Origin: Cirrosporium novae-zelandiae
Taxonomy: Eukaryota
Direction: 5' to 3'
Assembly: GCA_026023565.1 (NCBI GenBank)
Contig: JAPETS010000012.1
Location: forward strand, 124,001 to 188,000
Length of the DNA stretch: 64,000 nt
Part shown: positions 61,020-64,000 of the stretch, piece by piece
How positions within the stretch are numbered: the first letter of the stretch is position 1
Layout: every line of letters starts with the position of its first letter
Notes under the pieces: model-generated
Database searches by the model: none
Told to the model about the DNA's origin: nothing
What the model saw: the letters and a program-made list of their open reading frames with translations, nothing else
Position numbers and translations under genes: made by a program

Positions 61020-61465
61020 AGTTCTCGAGCAGGGAGTTCAATGGACGACAAGAAAATATATAACCAGGGGGTGTTTATCATCTCCTTCTAGTTGATGAAG
61101 TCTCGCATCAGCCTCCATTATGGACGATAACAAGATAACTGAACACTCGATGTTGGATCCAGTAAATATTTTCGGATTAGTTTTTGATAGCAAAAGACAT
61201 GATGGTCCAAGTTGGCGGTATAGATATGGTGGAGAAGGCATGGGTTTGATAGGCGGTGATAGGGGTCTGACAGCATCGTTTCTTATCTTGAATTCCGCGC
61301 TAGCATTTCCCTCGGGAATCGGGAAAGATCCTTCCGATAACCGAGAAATTGCATCGTCGCATTTTCGCATTTCGCATCTCCCTCTTCTTCCGCACTCAGT
61401 TGGCACCGTGAACTCCTGTTGAAAGTTGCCATTGCGTTTACTGCACGTCTTAAAATACCAAATCA
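61020..61465. promoter_or_regulatory. Divergent permease/transcription-factor promoter with about 8 GATA elements and CGG triplets
   Basis: TTATCA 61075, GATAA 61126 and 61134, GATAG 61186, 61248 and 61258, TTATCT 61283, GATAA 61336; tcgggaatcgggaa..ttccg at 61312-61336. Confidence 0.5.
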
Positions 61466-64000
61466 ATGCGGTCTACCGTAGCATGCAGCTGGTGTCGGTA
61501 TGCTATTGCCTTGATTTTCTCGAGACCTAATATACCGTCAATACGGCTATAATGTCACCCACCGAACAATACAAATACTAGATCTAATATCCAGGAATTC
61601 TACTATGTTTCAGAAGCTGACGGATATCTTCATAGAAAATCGAAAATTAAATGTCATCATTCAGGAACTCCTCCTTGTCGAGCTTGCTCTTTGAATCCTA
61701 GCCGGGAATGTATACTAACACCTCCCCCACGCCATGTACGAAAACATCAACATCGCTTGAGTCAGGCACAGGTCTCCTTGCCTCCCCCAGTAGGCAGTAA
61801 TGGAGATTCTGAGCATATGACTGAAGAACCTAGAGTCGGTGAAGCAGACAATACTGATAATACGGTCTTAACTAGGTACGTTTGATATAGGCGGTGCTTT
61901 ATTAAGGGGAGTAACTGGACATAGAGTCGAGGCCAGCAAAAATAATTGCTTTCTTGTAAAATAGGGAGGCTCCCACAAAATATAGAAAGGGATTGATTCT
62001 GTATCTGCGTTTGATATTTTTGGAGACCTTGAGCCAGGCTATGTGGTCTCAGAGGGGATCTCAATTACTCCATCAACCACATTTAAGCCTTCGGCGATGA
62101 TCCATTTGGTGGACGTCCCACACGACTGTTGCTTATAGGTAGAGCGCATTATGAAGCATCATTCAATTTTCCGAAGAGTTGCTATAAGCTAACAGGATTT
62201 GGCAAAGGAATCGAATTATCCCCGACCCTCTTCGTAGTACACACCCTAGTCTCATCAAGCGCGGCTGCTTAACGTTCATGCAATTATTTCCCGAATTTGG
62301 GTTCTTTCATCGTCCAAAGTTTTTTGAACAGCTTCGAAACAATGATATTGATTCTCTCAAGCTATGTGCGATCATGGCCCTTTGTGCCAGATACATCCCA
62401 GAGTTGGTTAGCAATCATGGAGGCCAGATGAAAGCATCTGAATTCTATGCCAAGTACGTTCGAGCCCATATTATGGAACGAGTGACTTCGTATGCAGATA
62501 TCGACACGGTCCAGACTCTTGTACTGCTAAGTCTTCATGATTGGGGTTCATGTAACGGTTTTCGAGCTTGGATGTATATAGGTAAGCTCTCAGTCTATGA
62601 TCAACGATACAGGGGGTGGTATATTTGGGAGTCTTTTGAAGAACAATTGAAAATTTAAACTCGAAATAGATCATTCCAACCATTGATCAAGACCCTTTGT
62701 TGGTTGAATGCTGATGTCAACTTAGGTATGGCGACACGAATGAGTCAGACCATCGAGGCTGGGTTGAAAGATATGGAAAGTCGCACATCCGAAGAGCCAC
62801 GAACGCCGCACTCGACACCAATTATTCGTGAAAGCATACGTCGAACGATTTGGGCGTGCTTTGTGATGGATTGCATGTTAGGATGCGGCAAGCATCGTCC
62901 CCAGAGTTTTCGATCATCTGAGTTGGATTTTCCCCTCCCTATCAGTAACGAAGATTTCGAGTTCGAAAGCCAGGCTGCCGCTATTGCTCCCAGCTACCTT
63001 GTCCGGTTCGATCATGGCGATAGGGACAACACGCCAATGCCGCCTCGAAACTTAACAATGGGTTCGGAGCAGTCTCTCGCAATTATCATCCAAGGAGTTG
63101 ACATCTGGTCCAGCCTTTCTAGCTGGATTTGCTCCGGCGGTCGAAAGATTAAATCCTCGGGTCCATCTTATCCACCCTGGAACGAGAATTCGTGCTGGTA
63201 TCAGGTTAACAAAGCCCTTCAATTCTGGCGTGTTCGACTTTCACCTCGATTGATCTATTCTCCCAAGAACAACAACCTGGTGGTTCATGTATCAAGGAAT
63301 CACGGGGAGGTGTTTGTTATCATAAACCTTCTGTACTACATTAACCTAGTATTCCTGCATCGCGAATACATTCCATTCTTTCCTCACAGGGTCTATCATC
63401 CTTGCGGGCCCATCGATGCCCCACTACTCTCCGAAGAAGCCCCACCGGGCTGGTGGAACGAAAGCGCCAAAACCTTATTTGAAGCAGCAGCAAAGTAAGC
63501 CTCCCAAACCCCCCACAAACTCCAAACCTCACTAACCCGACCCCACCCACCAATCAGCATCGTAGATCTCCTTCAAGGCCTCCACCAAAACGACATCCTC
63601 TTCCAAACCCCCTTTACAAGCTTCTGCCTCTACGTCGCCGCGGGCACCCTAGCATACGGCCACACATGGCCACACATGGCCCCAGGCCTCCTACACGCCC
63701 AAGAGAAATACAACTGGGGATTCCAATGGCTGCAGCAGGCCAGCAGTCTATGGCCCATTAGCAAGGGCTGGCACGAAACCCTAGCCAAGCTATCAATTCT
63801 GTACGAGAGGATCCAGAAGGATGCCGTGCGGTATTCTGGCGTGGGAAGAGATCGGTTTGCAGATCTAGAGGATAGTTTGAATCGAATGGCTGAGGTGGAG
63901 GGAGGGGGTGCAACTGGGGGTGGTGGCAGTGCGCCTGCGGCTAACATCTTATTGACGTTGGCACAATCTTCTTCACCTATTATTGAAAATGAAAATGGGC
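61466..64000 (+). CDS. Zn(II)2Cys6 fungal transcription factor with fungal-specific TF middle domain; runs past the window end
   Basis: MRSTVACSWCR spliced to KSKIKCHHSGTPPCRACSLNPSREC gives Cx2Cx6Cx7Cx2Cx7C. Later exons contain FPEFGFFHRPKF, VQTLVLL..AWMYIG, ESIRRTIWACFVMD and LHREYIPF. Confidence 0.92.

Overview
Intron-containing DNA from a filamentous ascomycete (Pezizomycotina-type genes, GT..AG introns with CTRAC branch sites, low-complexity AT-rich intergenic tracts). Conserved genes: an F-box protein, an Slx8/RNF4-like RING ligase, mitochondrial DNA polymerase gamma (MIP1), an SGNH/PC-esterase-like protein, GDT1, a telobox-Myb telomere-binding protein, IPI3 and an AhpD-like protein. 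These are interrupted by two accessory-looking blocks. The ~10-20 kb block has a P450 pseudogene, a HET-domain gene, a coiled-coil gene and an ankyrin-ZZ pseudogene. The ~36-54 kb block has an ankyrin-CorA-like pseudogene, RTA1, a VIT-VWA protein, a 'YLWTDAF' protein, a hairpin-rich repeat relic and a small secreted Cys-rich protein. The window ends in a GATA-rich four-gene cluster (carboxylesterase, class III aminotransferase, allantoate-family MFS permease, Zn2Cys6 regulator). The most unusual items are (1) a Mutator/MULE transposase-type zinc-finger DNA-binding domain fused in frame, through a Gln-rich linker, to an intact L-rhamnose mutarotase domain (24799-25866), and (2) three telomeric CCCTAA repeats in the last intron of the telomere-repeat-binding Myb gene. 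Family assignments come from motif recognition by eye, and splice sites were read manually; no database searches were run.
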